DNA from: the human T2T-CHM13v2.0 reference genome, Homo sapiens
DNA length: 64,000 bases
Assembly (NCBI RefSeq): GCF_009914755.1
Contig: NC_060944.1
Strand: one strand, 5' to 3'
This document shows positions 41,615 through 54,845 of this stretch, piece after piece. The position numbers were made by a program, and so were the translations under genes. Below the pieces are notes generated by a model. The model was not told the origin of the DNA. It saw nothing but the letters and a program-made list of their open reading frames with translations, and did no database searches. How positions within the stretch are numbered: the stretch's first letter is position 1; each line of letters opens with the position of its first letter.

Positions 41615-42150
41615 ATAACAGATTTCATTTCCAAAAATGGCCACAGCCCCCTGCTCCTCATGAACCCTGCCACTCTCCATCAAGAGGGAGAGTTTATTTC
41701 TCCTCCCCTGGAGACTGGCAGGACTTTGTGACTGCCTTGATGAATAGAACGCAGCAGAGGTGACTGTGTAACTTCCAAGGGTGGGTAAGAAAAGACAATA
41801 CAGCTTCTCTCTGGCTCTTTGTCTTGAGACACTCACCCTGGGAACCAGACGACCACGGTGTAAGGAAGCCCAGGCCCCCTGAAAAGCCAGAGGTAAATGT
41901 TCTGGCCGACATTTACCCAGCTGGGGTCCCAGCCAACAGTCAGCATCAACCACCAGACCCATGAGGGAATCAGTCCAGCCCCTGGCCATCAAGTCTTCCA
42001 TCTGAGGCCCCAGACACCGTGGAGCACAGACAAATCTACCCACTGTGCCCTTCTGGATTCCTGCCCCACACAATATGTGAATGCAATGAATGACTGTTTG
42101 ATGCCAGTGTGTTCAGGGGTGATGGGTAACGCAGCACTAGATACCCAGAA
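41615..42150 (+). mobile_element. MLT1 LTR (MLT1E/F-like), near full length
   Basis: AAAAATGGCCACA...GGACTTTGTGACTGCCTTGATGAATAGAA...AAGGAAGCCCAGG...GCAGCACTAGATACCCAGAAC. Confidence 0.78.
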
Positions 42151-42838
42151 CGCTGACTCAGGCAGACTCTGCCTCCATGACACCCTCCGTGCTAAGCATC
42201 TGTTCCATTTCCCCACTGTCCTGAAATTTCCAGACACTCCTCTTTGACAAGCCAGGCTTGGCTATGAGCTGGGGCCTCTCAGGGATCTTCCAAAGATCAG
42301 CCGTGGAACAAGCCCTGCGGGGAGTTCACTCCCTGGTCAAGAACCTTTGCTAACTCCCCATTTCCCCCCATATCAAATCTCAGCTCTTCTACTAGGCTTC
42401 CCAGGCCTGTCCTAATCTCCTCCATCCTCATGTCTCCCTGAAATGGGCCACAATTCCTCCCTCTGCAGTGTATTAAGAGTGAGAATGTGGGGTTAGATGA
42501 GGTGAGGGGAATCGCAGGCTCTGGGAGAGCTTTGAGAGCTGGGCCTGAAGCTTTAGAAGGCAGTCTTCCCTCATTTAGCAAATATTGAGTCCTAGTGTGC
42601 ACTACGTTCTATTTACAGTGCTGGGAATACACAGCTGCACCTGCTAGACATAATCCCTGTCCTAAACCCATGAGGATCATATTCTCTTCCACCTCAGGGC
42701 CTTTGCACCTGCCATTCTCCTCACCTAAAATCTATTTCGGAAGATTTGTGTACACCTCATCCTTTATCCTTCCAGTCTCACCTTAGAAGGGCCTGCCTGG
42801 CCACCCTCTCTAGTCATCCCCATTGCTAATTCCCTTTA

Positions 42839-43136
42839 TTATTATTATTTTTTTTTTGAGACAGAGTCTCACTCTGTCACTGAGGCTGGAGTGCAATGGC
42901 ACAATCTTGGCTCACTGCAACTCTGCCTCCTGGGTTCAAGTGATTCTCCTGTCTCAGCCTCCCAAGTAGCTGGGATTACCGGCACATGCTGCCACACCTA
43001 GCTAATTTTTTGTATTTTAGTAGAGACAGGGTTTCACCGTGTTCAAGGCTGGTCTTGAACTTCTGAGCTCAGGCAATCCACCCACCTCTGCCTCCCAAGG
43101 TGCTAGGATTACAGGTGTGAGCCACCATGCCTGGCC
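42839..43136 (-). mobile_element. AluS nested in an L2 (about 42680-43360)
   Basis: Reverse Alu. TSD TAATTCCCTTTA at 42827-42838 and 43137-43148. Confidence 0.95.
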
Positions 43137-43884
43137 TAATTCCCTTTACTCTTAATTATATCTCCCTGTTCATTTTCTCCCTAAGTCTTGAACAACAGTA
43201 TATAATCTGTGATGGCTGATTTACTTGATGTTTGTCTGACTTCCCCTACTAGAAGTGTCAGCTCCCTGAGGCAGGGACTGTGTCTGTCTCATTCACTGCT
43301 GTGTGCCAGGGCATGGCACAGGGCCTGGCACCCAGGGGTGCTCTATGGCTATTAAATGTGTGCAGTGTGATGCTGGCTGCACAGTGCCTGCTTGCAGCTG
43401 GGAAGCTCGCAGTAAGGGGTGATCCTCTCTTTCTCTTCTGCCCTGTCTGTGGACATGCCCCATAAACACTCAACAGACTCCCCTCTGTGCCAGGTTCCAT
43501 GTGGGCACCAGCAGCATGTAAGGGCTCAAACACAGTCGCTGGTACTGAAGCAGCTCCCAAATACTGGGGCAGGAGACAGATATCCAGCCTGTACTGGATA
43601 TCTGGGGACATAGTGTAGCTGGTAGGGAGAGACGGCACAAAAGGTCAGGGCACCAGAGGTCTGCAGTGCCAAATTAGAGTGGAGTAAGGACTCCATGCTG
43701 AGTAAGGAAAGAAGATCAGGCAGGCACTGGGGAGTACATTGAGGATGGAAAGGAGGGCGATGGAGGCCATCTGGAAGGACGAAAGCGAGTGGTAGCAGGA
43801 GAGGCATCTTAGGTATGACCCCGGGCATGACACGCAACCTCTCTGAATCTGTGTCCCTGTTGGTATAACATTCTGTGAAGCACA

Positions 43885-44100
43885 CAGGTCCTGGAGCCTT
43901 CCTGGGTTCAAATCCCACCCTCTGATTACTCATGACCCTCAATAAGTTCTTTCAACTTGGTTTCTTCATCTGTAAAATGGAGATGACAATAATAGCACCT
44001 CCCCACTATTGTTTCATCAGGATCACATGAGTTAATGCATTGAAAACACTTAGATCGGTGCCAGGCACATGGTAAGTGGTCAGTCAACGTGAGCTAGCAC
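43885..44100 (+). mobile_element. MIR SINE
   Basis: CCTGGGTTCAAATCCCACC...TTTCTTCATCTGTAAAATGGAGATGACAATAATAGCACCT...GTGCCAGGCACATGGTAAG. Confidence 0.85.
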
Positions 44101-44879
44101 TGAAGCAGGAGTCACAGTTGCAAAGCACAGACCAGTGCCTGCGCGCGCACACAGCAGGCACTCATCAGTGAGACGGACCTTCTATCTGCCTCTTACGCTG
44201 TAACACATATCACCACCCAACATGGTATTTTTTTGCTTATGTGATTATTGTCCCTTGCCTCCACCAGAATGTGAGCTCAATGAGGGCAGGGGTTCTGTCT
44301 CTTTTGTTCCCTTGCATTATCCCCAGAGCCCAGGGCAGTACTTGACACATAGTAGGTGCTCAGTAAGTAGTTGCTGAATGAATTCATTTCTAATTTTTAG
44401 TTTTGTGCTTGGTGCACAGCAAATGCTCAACAAATGCTGGTCCTCTTCACCCCTACCAGCCTCTCCATCCCGTTTCTACCTGCTCCAGGAAGCCCTCTTG
44501 GGCCTCGCAGCATCCACCAACCGTCCTTCATCCCAGGCTAAGTTCCCCACAGACCCCCTTGGCCCACCTCCCATCTGCTTTATCATGCCTGTGGAGCCAA
44601 GGTTCACCTTGTTCCCCGGCACTCCCGCCAGCGTGAGTAAGCATCAGCCAGGACCTGGAGAGTAGAACCCACCCAGAGAAGAGCCCCTGCTTCTCTGCCC
44701 ACCCCAGGCCAGAAGTGCTCTTGCCCCTGGACTGGTTTGTCCAGGGAGGTTTTCCAAGTCACTGAGAGCCCCATGATCAGATGTCACCAGATCCTCCCAC
44801 CCCGGCTGCAGGGGCTGCAGTACCACCAGGGCCAGAGCCATCCCCATGCGTGATTTCAACATCTGTAATACTTTCCCCT

Positions 44880-45110
44880 CTCCTTGTGGAATTCCCCCTC
44901 CAAATTCCTCCTGCTTCATTATTAGTATATATAAAAAATAAAAAAATTAAGCTGTCTTAATCATTTTCCATATTAGCTGACAGCCGGTTCCCATATGCCT
45001 GGGAGTGAGACCACACCTCCTGTTCCCCCCCCCTCCCCGCCCTCTCTGCTGTTCCAAAATGACTAGCCCCAAACAAGGCCCAGTTACTGAAAACCCTCTA
45101 TCTTACAGAC
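44880..45110. promoter_or_regulatory. Candidate cis-regulatory element
   Basis: kB-type GGAATTCCCC 44888, TATATATAAAA 44926, TAAT cores, TGACAG 44978, ACCACA 45010, C-rich SP/KLF tract at about 45024-45042. Motif evidence only. Confidence 0.3.
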
Positions 45111-46740
45111 TCCGCAGCCCTGACTCCTTGGAGTCCTGTCTGGCTGGTGTGGCCCAAGCCAAAAGCAAAGCAGGAAGATTCTCTTATGTCCCCAAAAAGT
45201 GCAGACCTCAGGGCTGGGCTGATCAAGGTGCAAATCTCAGTGTCATCACCTACAAACTGGAACTCCACAAACTGCTTTGTCCTGTCCAAGAAAGGGCACA
45301 AATTCTGAAGCAGACGGATCTGAGTTCCATCTCTGGAACTCAGCTCTGTCACCTTGGGCGAGCCAGTTCACCACTCTGAGCCTGAGTTTCGTCATCTGTA
45401 AAACGGCAGAAACAACAGCAGTTACCTCTCAGTGTCACAGTGAAAATCAAGGAGACTTTGATAACAGCAGTGAACATCCACTGATCCCACTGTGTGCCAG
45501 GCACTGAGCCAAGCCCTCCCTGCCTCCCCCTCATTGCATCTGCACAACAACCTGCTTTGCAGACAGAAACAAAGGGACCGAGATATTAAAAATTTCTCCA
45601 GGACAAAGAACAGGGAGGTGGAGGAGCACCCTGACCCAGGCCCGGCATTTTCAGTTCCACTCGAGAGCCTGACCCCCTGGAGATACTCCACAAGTCCTCA
45701 CCCTTTTCCCCCAGTTTCACCTTGGTCTTTCCTCCTCTCATGGTCTTGAGCATGGGCATCAGGGATTGGCAGCACTGTTGTGTCCTGTCCCCACTGCCCA
45801 ACCCCAGTGCCAGGGCTGTGAGCATCAGGAGGGTCGGTAGGAGCCCGTGGCCCATGCATGGCAGACTCAGGTGGCCCAGCACCTTGCGGCTGCTCCTAAA
45901 AGCACAGACACCTGTATTGAAGAGAGGGAAGTTCTGGGTTGAACTTGAACTGATTGAGAATTCCCAAGCCAGAGGAGATAGACAACTATGCCAGACCTCA
46001 AACTTGAAGATTGTTTTTGTTTTTATTTAACTGAACCAAACTGATTTTTTTCTTCCCCCCGAATTACGAGTGAATCAGTTCATAATAGAAGCCCCCATTA
46101 TATCTCCTAGATTTTTAACCAAAATATCCAAAAAGAATTGGGCTAACATAGCCACACCATCTTGGAATATGTATATTTATAGTGACATGTCATAAAGACT
46201 TCTAGTATTTTGTCTCTACTCTTGATCCAAACTCCAGTGGTTCCGGTTTCTCTATATTAAGTATTCACGTGCTTTGCATGTGTCACTTTTCATCCTTCAG
46301 CCCTTAGAGGGAAGTATCATTCATCTTCAACTTACAGATGAGGAAACTGAGACTCAACGTAGTTAAATGATCTGTAAGACAAGGTTCTGAATTTGAACAT
46401 AGGTCTCAGCTGCAGAGCCATGTTATTGCTAACACAGCCTCTGTATGGTTCTCCAGAAGGCCCCTGATCCACTAAGAAACAAACCTGTCCCCCAATGCCA
46501 GCTGACCCTATCCATGAACCCTCCTCCCTCCAGCCAGACAGGCCTCTGCCCGGAGAGGCAGCATCATCTCCAGCTGCCTGTACTCTCATCCCAGTTCAGC
46601 CATTCGCCAAGCATGACAACTCGGACAAGACCTTTCCCTCCTCAGCCTGTTTCCTCCTGTGCTGAGGAGAAATAAAATCCTCCATCTCCCACGCTGTTCT
46701 GTGAAATGAAGCAATCATGTACCTAAAGTGCGAGCACATA

Positions 46741-47087
46741 GCTGGGCATGGTGGCTCACACCTGTAATCCCAGCACTTTGGGAGGCTGAGGCAGGCGTAT
46801 CACTTGAGCTTAGGAGTTCAAGACCAGCCTGGTCAACATGGCAAAAATCCACCACTTGAGACTAGGATTTCAAGACCAGCCGGGCCAACATGGCAAAAAC
46901 CCATACAAAATTAGCTGGGCGTGGTGGCACACACCTGTAATCCCAGCTACTCAGGAGGCTGAGGCACGAGAATCACTTCAACCCACGAGGCAGAGCTTGC
47001 AGTGAGCTGAGATGGCACCACTGCATTCTGGCCTGGGTGACAGAGCAAGACTGTCTCAAAAACCAAAAACAACAATAACAAAAAAAA
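46741..47087 (+). mobile_element. Alu with an internal 52-bp tandem duplication, nested in a MIR
   Basis: 46801-46851 is repeated at 46853-46903. Diverged TSD AAAGTGCGAGCACATA / AAAGGGCTAGCACTTA. Confidence 0.93.
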
Positions 47088-47364
47088 GGGCTAGCACTTA
47101 TTTTACTTCTAAACTCTCCAGCCTCAACCCAACGTAAGTGAGGTGCATATAATAGGTGCTCAAGAATTACTCATTGATGATAAAAGCAAGCCTGGAACAA
47201 CAAAAATAAGAGACTGGGCAGAAATATTACAAAACATCAGAAGTAGATCCCTCTGGGGTGGAATTATGGGTGATTTTATTGTCTTCTTGGTGATTTTTTT
47301 TTTCTATTTTCCAAACTCTCAGCTTGGAAGTATGTTATACTGTGTTTTCTAATTGTATGACACT

Positions 47365-47518
47365 ATGAACTATACAATGCACTGTACACCTAATAGCAGT
47401 TTTTGAGAGGAAAGAACAAAACTACTTCATTGGATTGTAAGACTTGTTCTGATTTTGGTAAAGTTAAACTCTGCAGGGCAGGAAGAGTAGAGAGGTGTTT
47501 TAGAATCAAGGAAATACA
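47365..47518. mobile_element. MER104/Kanga-like TcMar fragment
   Basis: GATTGTAAGACTTGTTCTGATTTT...GTGTTTTAGAATCAAGGAAATAC resembles the MER104 terminus. Confidence 0.5.
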
Positions 47519-47525
47519 TTTGTAA

Positions 47526-47881
<356 letters not shown>

Positions 47882-49872
47882 ATAGCATTACTTTTTAAAG
47901 GAGGAAGAGGATACAGGCAACTTTTCATTGCTTCCAGAACCTGGAACATCAGCTTAACCTTGCCGGCACACCCAGCTCACCTGGGATATTTGAAAATAAA
48001 CACAGATGGCCAGGCCCTGTCCTGGTCTGAATGGCCAGCATCTCTAGGCTGGGGCCTGGGAGTCTGTGTTTTAAGTGGACACAGCAGATCCTGGGCACTG
48101 TATAGTAAATAAATCTCCTCATCCACTTTCTGTCTCATCTTACAGATGGGAAATCAGAAGTCCAACCAGGGGAGGTGTTTAGCACTCTCCTGCCTGAATG
48201 GTGAGGGTGGCCAATCTCTTCCTTCACCCCAAGGGCCTTTCTCAGTCCCTGTCACCATCTTACCTCTCCCAGTCCTAGCCCCTTCCCCAGCCTTGCTCTG
48301 CCAGCCTGGAGCTGTTTCTTCCTTTTCTCCCTAAGGGAGTGTTCCCTGTTCTTAATTAGGGAGACTCTGGGTATTTTTGTCTCTTTGAGTACTGCGTTCT
48401 GTTGCCAGCAAATAACTTTAAATAGAAAAAATATGCCCAAAATTAAACTAGAAAACAGAAATAAATAGGAAGGGGGTGGGCTGAGTGTCAGCCTGCCCTT
48501 GGTGGAGAGGGTGGGCTCTGGGCCTCCTTTCCTGCATCTCTGCCATGGAGACCATCACAGTACCCACCTTCTGGGGTGCTGTGCACATCAGACAAGAAGA
48601 GGCACACAGTACACTTTGCACAGGGTGTCTAAGTGTCCATTAATATCCAAAGTTACTGGGCACACTCGTTGCTTGGATTTTGAGATAATTATGTAGAGAA
48701 AATGTCAAGGGGCTCAAAGTCCCCCAGTTGACATTTCCCTACCAAGAGCTACTTTTATAACATGCTGCCGGATGTCATTTTCTTAATAGGTACAATTTTA
48801 AGAGCATCTCTCCACCTTCTTCCCTACCCTAGTCCAACTGTTCACAGCTGAAAGAGTGACCTTCCAAAAGCCTAACTCAGATCATATGATTCTTTGCCTC
48901 TGAAATTTTTCAAAGCTCTCCATTGTCTACGAAATGCCGGCCTCAGAGCCTTTCAGGATAGGGGCCATGAAGGGTCTCAAATTTCAAATTTCATCTTCCT
49001 CTACCATCCTCCTGTCACCCTCCAGCCACACAGACCTGCCCCTTGGTCCCCAAATGGATGCCCACTTCCTTTTTCCCTAATTGAAAGCCAGGGCAGAGTT
49101 AGGTTAATCACATGCCTTAGCTCCAGCCACACTTTTGGCACCAGAGTGAGACCCCTCCCTTATTTTATGTGTCCCTTTCATGCCTCATCCCTACTCTCAT
49201 CCCACCTCTCATCCCTCCCTCATGTGGATACCCCCCTAACGTGTTTGGCGTGTGTCTTTAAACATGCACGTGCCCTTGGAAAATGTGCAATGTTGTTGTC
49301 TGTGTGTATGATTTTAATTTACATAAATGCTATTCATATTATGGCTTCTTACCTTTTTTCCTTGACACTGTCTTGAGATCTAGCCTGCATATGTGTGGAA
49401 TCATCACTTCCAACTGCAGAAGAGTCAGCCACAGGGGGTGTCCTCTGTGCTTCCCTGCCCATCGTTCTGGTGCTGGTGGCCTAGGCTACCTCTGACTCCC
49501 CACAACAAACCTCTGACTGCTTCTTATGTAAGAGAACACAACGACAGCTCCTGCTTTTTGCATAACGAGCCGTTGTTTAGTAACAAGGGGCAGATGCCTC
49601 ACTCAAGTGGATTTAGACACAGAGACAAAGAAAGTGTAGATCTAGGTGTTCACTAACTCCTCAGGCAGCTGTCTTTCTCCATCTTATCAATTCCAAGATC
49701 CCAGCCTCCCACCTTGGCAACTGCAGGGGAAAAGAAGCTCCCGAAACAGTCCCAGGTGACTTTCTGGACCATAGCCTTTGTGCTGTTTCTTTGACGGTGG
49801 GATCTGGTTTTGTCCTGGCTTCAGCCTTCCCAGATCCATGTGTTTCAGAGGAAGTGAACTCCAGTCTCGGGG

Positions 49873-50242
49873 TGTTATGGACTGAATTCGAAATTGTGTT
49901 GAAACCCTAAAGCCCAATGTGGCTATATTAGAAGACATGGTCTGAAGGGAGGTAATTCAAGTTAAAGGAGGTCACGAGGGTGGTATCCAGTAGGACTGGT
50001 GTCCTTATAAGAGGAAGAGACATCAGAGCTCTCTCTTCACATAGACACACAGAGCAGATGCCACATGAGGACACAGTGAGGAGGTGGCCATCTACAGGCC
50101 AGAAAGGCCTCACCAGAAACCAAACCTGATGACACCTTGATCTTGAACTTCCAGCCTCCAGAACCAGGAGGAAATAAATTTCTGTTGCTGAAGACACCCA
50201 GTCTGCAGTATTTTGTTATGGTAGCCCAAGCAGACTAATACA
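49873..50242 (+). mobile_element. MLT1A/B solo LTR
   Basis: TGTTATGGACTGAAT...GGACTGGTGTCCTTATAAGAGGAAGAGAC...AATAAATTTCTGTTG...GCAGACTAATACA, with TG...CA ends. Confidence 0.88.
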
Positions 50243-50268
50243 GGGAATGAACTGTGATTGGTCTAAGG

Positions 50269-50514
50269 CAATATTTCTCCATTTTTTTTTCATTATTACC
50301 CCTCATTATTGACCTCCTGAAGAGTTGTTTTAAGAATTTTTTTCTCCTAAGAGTGCCTCCCACAAAATATATATATACTACAGACATATCTATTTATGTA
50401 GTGTGGTTTCTTGGAGGGTCACAAACGGTTGTCATATCTAAGATTTTGTCATACCTTAACCTAAGCTAATTTTTACAGCCTTAGGAGCAATATTGCCCCA
50501 TTGAGAATGCACTG
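50269..50514. mobile_element. MER112-like hAT-Charlie MITE
   Basis: Ends CAATATTTCTC and GCCCCATTGAGAATGCACTG, flanked by TCTAAGG / CCTAAGG. Confidence 0.7.
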
Positions 50515-50742
50515 CCTAAGGCAATGTACTTGGTCTGTGATTGGTTAGAACATGGGCATGTGAGGCTAATGTAGACCATAGATGTGAGAGCCACAGAGGA
50601 AGAAATTGTCCCTTTTCACCTTTGGTCTTTATTATGGATGGACATAATGCCTGGATCTGCGGCAGCTATTTTGTGACTATGAGGACAGGCTGATATGCTT
50701 TAAATGGCCAACTAGTAGATAAAACCTAGGCCATTGTTCATA

Positions 50743-51036
50743 TATATATATATATTTGAGATGGAATTTCACTCTTGTCACCCAGGCTGAAGTTCAGTGG
50801 CTCGATCTCAGTTCACTGCAACCTCTGCCTGGTTCAAGCTATTCCCCTGCCAGAGCCTTCAGAGTATCTGGGATTACAGGCACCCACCACCACTCCCAGC
50901 TAATTTTTGTATTTTTAGTAGAGACGACGTTTCACCATGTTGGTCAGGTTGGTCTCAAACTCCTGACCTCAGGTGATCCACCCACCTCGGCCTCCCAAAG
51001 TGCTGGGATTACATGTGTGAGCCACCACACCCGGCC
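50743..51036 (-). mobile_element. AluS with a (TA)n-converted tail, nested in an MLT1 LTR (about 50520-51185)
   Basis: Reverse Alu. TSD CATTGTTCATAT / CACTGATCATAT. Confidence 0.93.
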
Positions 51037-52199
51037 CACTGATCATATTTTTGAGCAATAAAAGTAACCAGCCCTGAAACTGCCCTACCACAAACTCCTC
51101 CTTATGTGAAATGATGCATTTTCACATTTCAGCCTGTTCAGCTGTGTAGTTTTTGTAATTGCAGCTGAAGACATTCTAACAGATCCTGTTCTTTTTCCCG
51201 TAAGTTGTACCAAATGTCCTGAGGCAGACTGGCAGTGATGGGCCTGGTTAGTCCATGAGTTCATCCCCAAACCAATCTTGTGGCCAGACTTGAATCCTGT
51301 GCCCACCCACCTTTGTAGCTCAGGGATGGGAAGGGGTCAACCCCACCTGGACTGAGAACTGGGGGCTGTTCCTCCGAGGGAGATGAGGGAGATACTTCCC
51401 AAAGGGATTGTGAATGCTGAGAGGGCAGAAATGACAGCTGGGTTTCACATTCACACCATCCCTTCTACATGAAATACCCCATCTCCAGCCCAATATACTC
51501 CCTCTAGTGCAGCTCAGCATCTCCCTCTTCTGAAAGGTCTCCCCAAGACCATGTTGAAATTATCTCTTCTCTTCCAGGTGATGCTCACGGGGGCATGTGT
51601 AGTCTACCTCTGCCCTTAAGAGGCCAGTCTTCATGGCATGCCATCATTCATGCATCCATCTACCCTCCAATCTTAATTAGCACCTTCTGTAGCCATCCCT
51701 AGGCCTTGGGGTGCTAAGCAACAAAAAGGCATAATTTCCATCCTCAAGGATCTCACAGTCCAGGGGAGGAAGCAAAACTCATAGGCATTCATTCGACACA
51801 CATTTATTCTCTGTATAGATATGAGTAAAATATTGCATATCCTCAAGGAAAGGGGGAACTCCCCAGCTAATGGGACAGACAGATGAAGAACAAGTAAGTA
51901 CAGTGTATAATGAGGTGACAGAAGCCACCACTCATTGCTCTGACTAGGAGGAAACAACAAGATGCCTTAGACTCTTTTGGCCAAGGAAAGACACACTAGC
52001 TGTGTGAATGCCAGGTGAGCTGGCATCATTTGTCTGGGATAGGGTGCAGTGGAGGCTGTTGAGGCCTGACAGCTTCCCCCTTCACCTTACTCCATTGTTT
52101 GCCAGGCTCATGCCTGGGAGAACCATATGCATAGGAAGACCTGGATCTTATAGGAAGAAGAAGTGGAAAAGCCAATACCTGACCTCCAGGAATCAGAAT

Positions 52200-52750
52200 T
52201 TGTGTTGCAGGTTGGGTTCTATGCAGGCAGACACGAAGACAGAGTTTAGGTGCAAGGTGTTTATTAGGAATCAATATCTGGAAAAGAAAGGGGCAGGAAT
52301 CAGGATTGAGCAGGAGGAGATACTTAACTGCAATGTGACCCAGTAAAGCGTTGGTCAACATGGTGAGGAAGTTGGGAGCAAGAATTATCCCTCGATAGAC
52401 ACCCCGTTCTACATGATGTAATTATTATGAATTACATGCCTGTATCAAAACATCTCATGTACCCCATAAATATATATATACCTACTATGTACCCACAAAA
52501 ATTAAAATTAAAAAGAGTTACCCCTCAGAGAATCCCAAAAGATATCAAAATATCCAGACTTTTGTCTCAGCCCCTTCATTTTGATAGTTCACTATTCACC
52601 AAATACAGGTTGCCCCAGGAAGGGCATGGCCTGGGATGAAGTGGCCCTCTCAAGCTGAGGCTAACCTTGAAGGGGCTGAAGCTGAAGGCTCTCTGCTGAC
52701 CATGCTTCCCCCGCCTTCAGCTGTCAAGTCCTTCAGGGTCAGCTCAGTTC
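52200..52750 (-). mobile_element. ERVL LTR (LTR16/LTR33-like) interrupted by a mini-L1
   Basis: CAGGTTGGGTTCTATGCAGGCAGACACGAAGACAGAGTTTAGGTGCAAGGTGTTTATTAGG. Confidence 0.65.
52394..52512 (+). mobile_element. About 120-bp extreme 3' end of an L1MA-type element
   Basis: ATGCCTGTATCAAAACATCTCATGTACCCCATAAATATATA...TATGTACCCACAAAAATTAAAA. TSD AAGAATTATCCCTC / AAGAGTTACCCCTC. Confidence 0.85.
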
Positions 52751-53884
52751 TGAGTGCCACTTTACTTGGGGTCACTTCTTTGATTCCAAGCAGTTTAACA
52801 TAATGGCAACCACAGTTAGGGAGACCTGTCCTGGTGGCTCAGGGTGGCCCAAGCTAAGGTCTGGAGGAAAGACGACCCTCAAGAAAAGAAGTCTCCTCTG
52901 TCCCTCCACCCCATTCATACTAAGGGCCATGGGTTCATGGAGAGGGTTTCAGATGGGCACATTATAGGGCTGAGGCTAAAAGTCTCTTTGAACCAACTCA
53001 CACTTGTACAGAAGTGATGCTGTGAGGACTAATGAAAACAAGTAGCATCTACTGCATGCTTAACATACACCAGGCACTATTCCAAATTTTTTACCCACAT
53101 TAGTCATTTAATTCTCACATTACCCTATCAGAGGAACAATGATGAGCATGGGTATGTAGACCAGAAAGAGCTAAAACCCTAGAACACAAGCAGAGGACAC
53201 CAGTGAGCCCAGGAAAGGCCCTGGGCCCCTGGAAGCAGTCTTCTCATCCGCCTGCATGGGCCAGGGTTCAACAGAGGCACCATGTGGCTGCAAGAGGCAG
53301 AAATGGCTGCAGACTGAGCTCTACTAGTTCCTTCCACTTGATGTTTGAATAAAGTCCCTGGAAAACTTGGGGAGATGGGATGAGTATCTCAGCTGGGAAC
53401 ACACCAAGACTTCTTAATAAGGCATGGAGAGGCTCAAGCAATTGATTGGAAAGAAAAAAAAAAACTAACTCAAGTTGGTAGATTTTACCTGCCATGAGAT
53501 GTTTGTGAATAGCAGAGCACAGGGTAGAGAGGTCACTGCCAAATAGCAACTCCCAGTCACCCTTGACATGTGGCATCCCCTCTCATGCCTCCACGTCTGC
53601 ATAAGCTTGGTAATCTTGTGCCCTCTGACACCATTCTCCCACCCGTCACCCCACTCCATTCTGCCCATCAGGATAATGCTGCCACATCCTCCAGGAAGCC
53701 TTCTCTGGCTGTCCCTCTCCATGACGCTAGGCTCCCCTTCCATCTTCCCACAACTTCATGTACCTCCCTCTATCATTTTATTTATCAATCATTCTAGATT
53801 TTATGTGTTTATGACTGACTTTCCTCCTAGATTATGAGGCAGTATGATCATATTATTTACCTTTCCCACTGTCATGCATTCCCA

Positions 53885-54270
53885 TTTATCTCACTCGGCG
53901 ATTGTCACAACAATGCTGCAAACTAACTACCACTAAGCTCAGTGGCTTAAAACAATAACTTCTTCTCACTCATGGGTCTGTAGGTCAGCTGGGATTCTGG
54001 TGGTCTAGACTGGGCTGGGCTCCAGGCATGCATGCGGATCTGCTCCACGCGTCTCTCATCCTCCTTGACCCACAGAAGACAGCTGGAAGCAGGCAGGACC
54101 TCACAGGCTTTAGCTCAGAGCTAGTGTGCTGTCACTTCTGCCCACGTTCCATCAGCCAGAGCAAGTCACATGGCCAAGCTCAACATCAATTAGATGTGGA
54201 GAAAATTGATGAGTCATGTGGCAAAGGGCATGGATATAGGAAAAGGTGAAAATTAGGAATAATATGATTT
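53885..54270 (-). mobile_element. MLT1 LTR
   Basis: CTCAGTGGCTTAAAACAATAA...CTCATGGGTCTGTAGGTCAGCTGGG...GCAAGTCACATGGCCAAG. Confidence 0.75.
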
Positions 54271-54845
54271 ACTGTGACACAGATGCTTTCTGGTGAACAC
54301 CAACCTCTCCAAACTCATTTCAAGACCCTTCCTCATCAGCCCAGTGCTCAAGGTCAATTCCTGCAACCTTCAGCCCTTTGTAGCCTTTCAGTCTTTTGAA
54401 CACACTGTACTTTTTGTCTGACATACACCTTTCCCATCCCTTTCAGATCTCAGCTGAGATGTCATCTCCTCAAAGATTTGCATGGCTGTAGGCTTTGCCA
54501 CCAGGAGATAGTGACCCAACAAACAAGCTTGTATGGGTGAGTCCCTGAATCCAAACCCAACCCTGGCCTTGCCACTCACTGCTGTGAGGCCCTAAGAAAA
54601 TCTTATCTTTTTTCTACTGCTGTTTTCTTATCTGCCAAAAGTAAATAAAAACATCTTCCCATATCAGTTAGAAATGCTTGCAGCTGCAAGTAGCAGAACC
54701 CCTAATAGTAGCTAAAACAATAATATCTCACAAACTAGATGCCTGGAAGCAAGAAGCTCCAGGGCTGGTTTATTGGCTCAGTGATGTAAGGACTAAGTGC
54801 TCACTCATACCCTCTCATTTCTCCTCCTTCCCTTTCCCCATTCTA

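Noticed and set aside
41354-42073. 239-aa minus-strand ORF
   Set aside because: Mostly antisense of an MLT1 LTR, with no recognisable homology.
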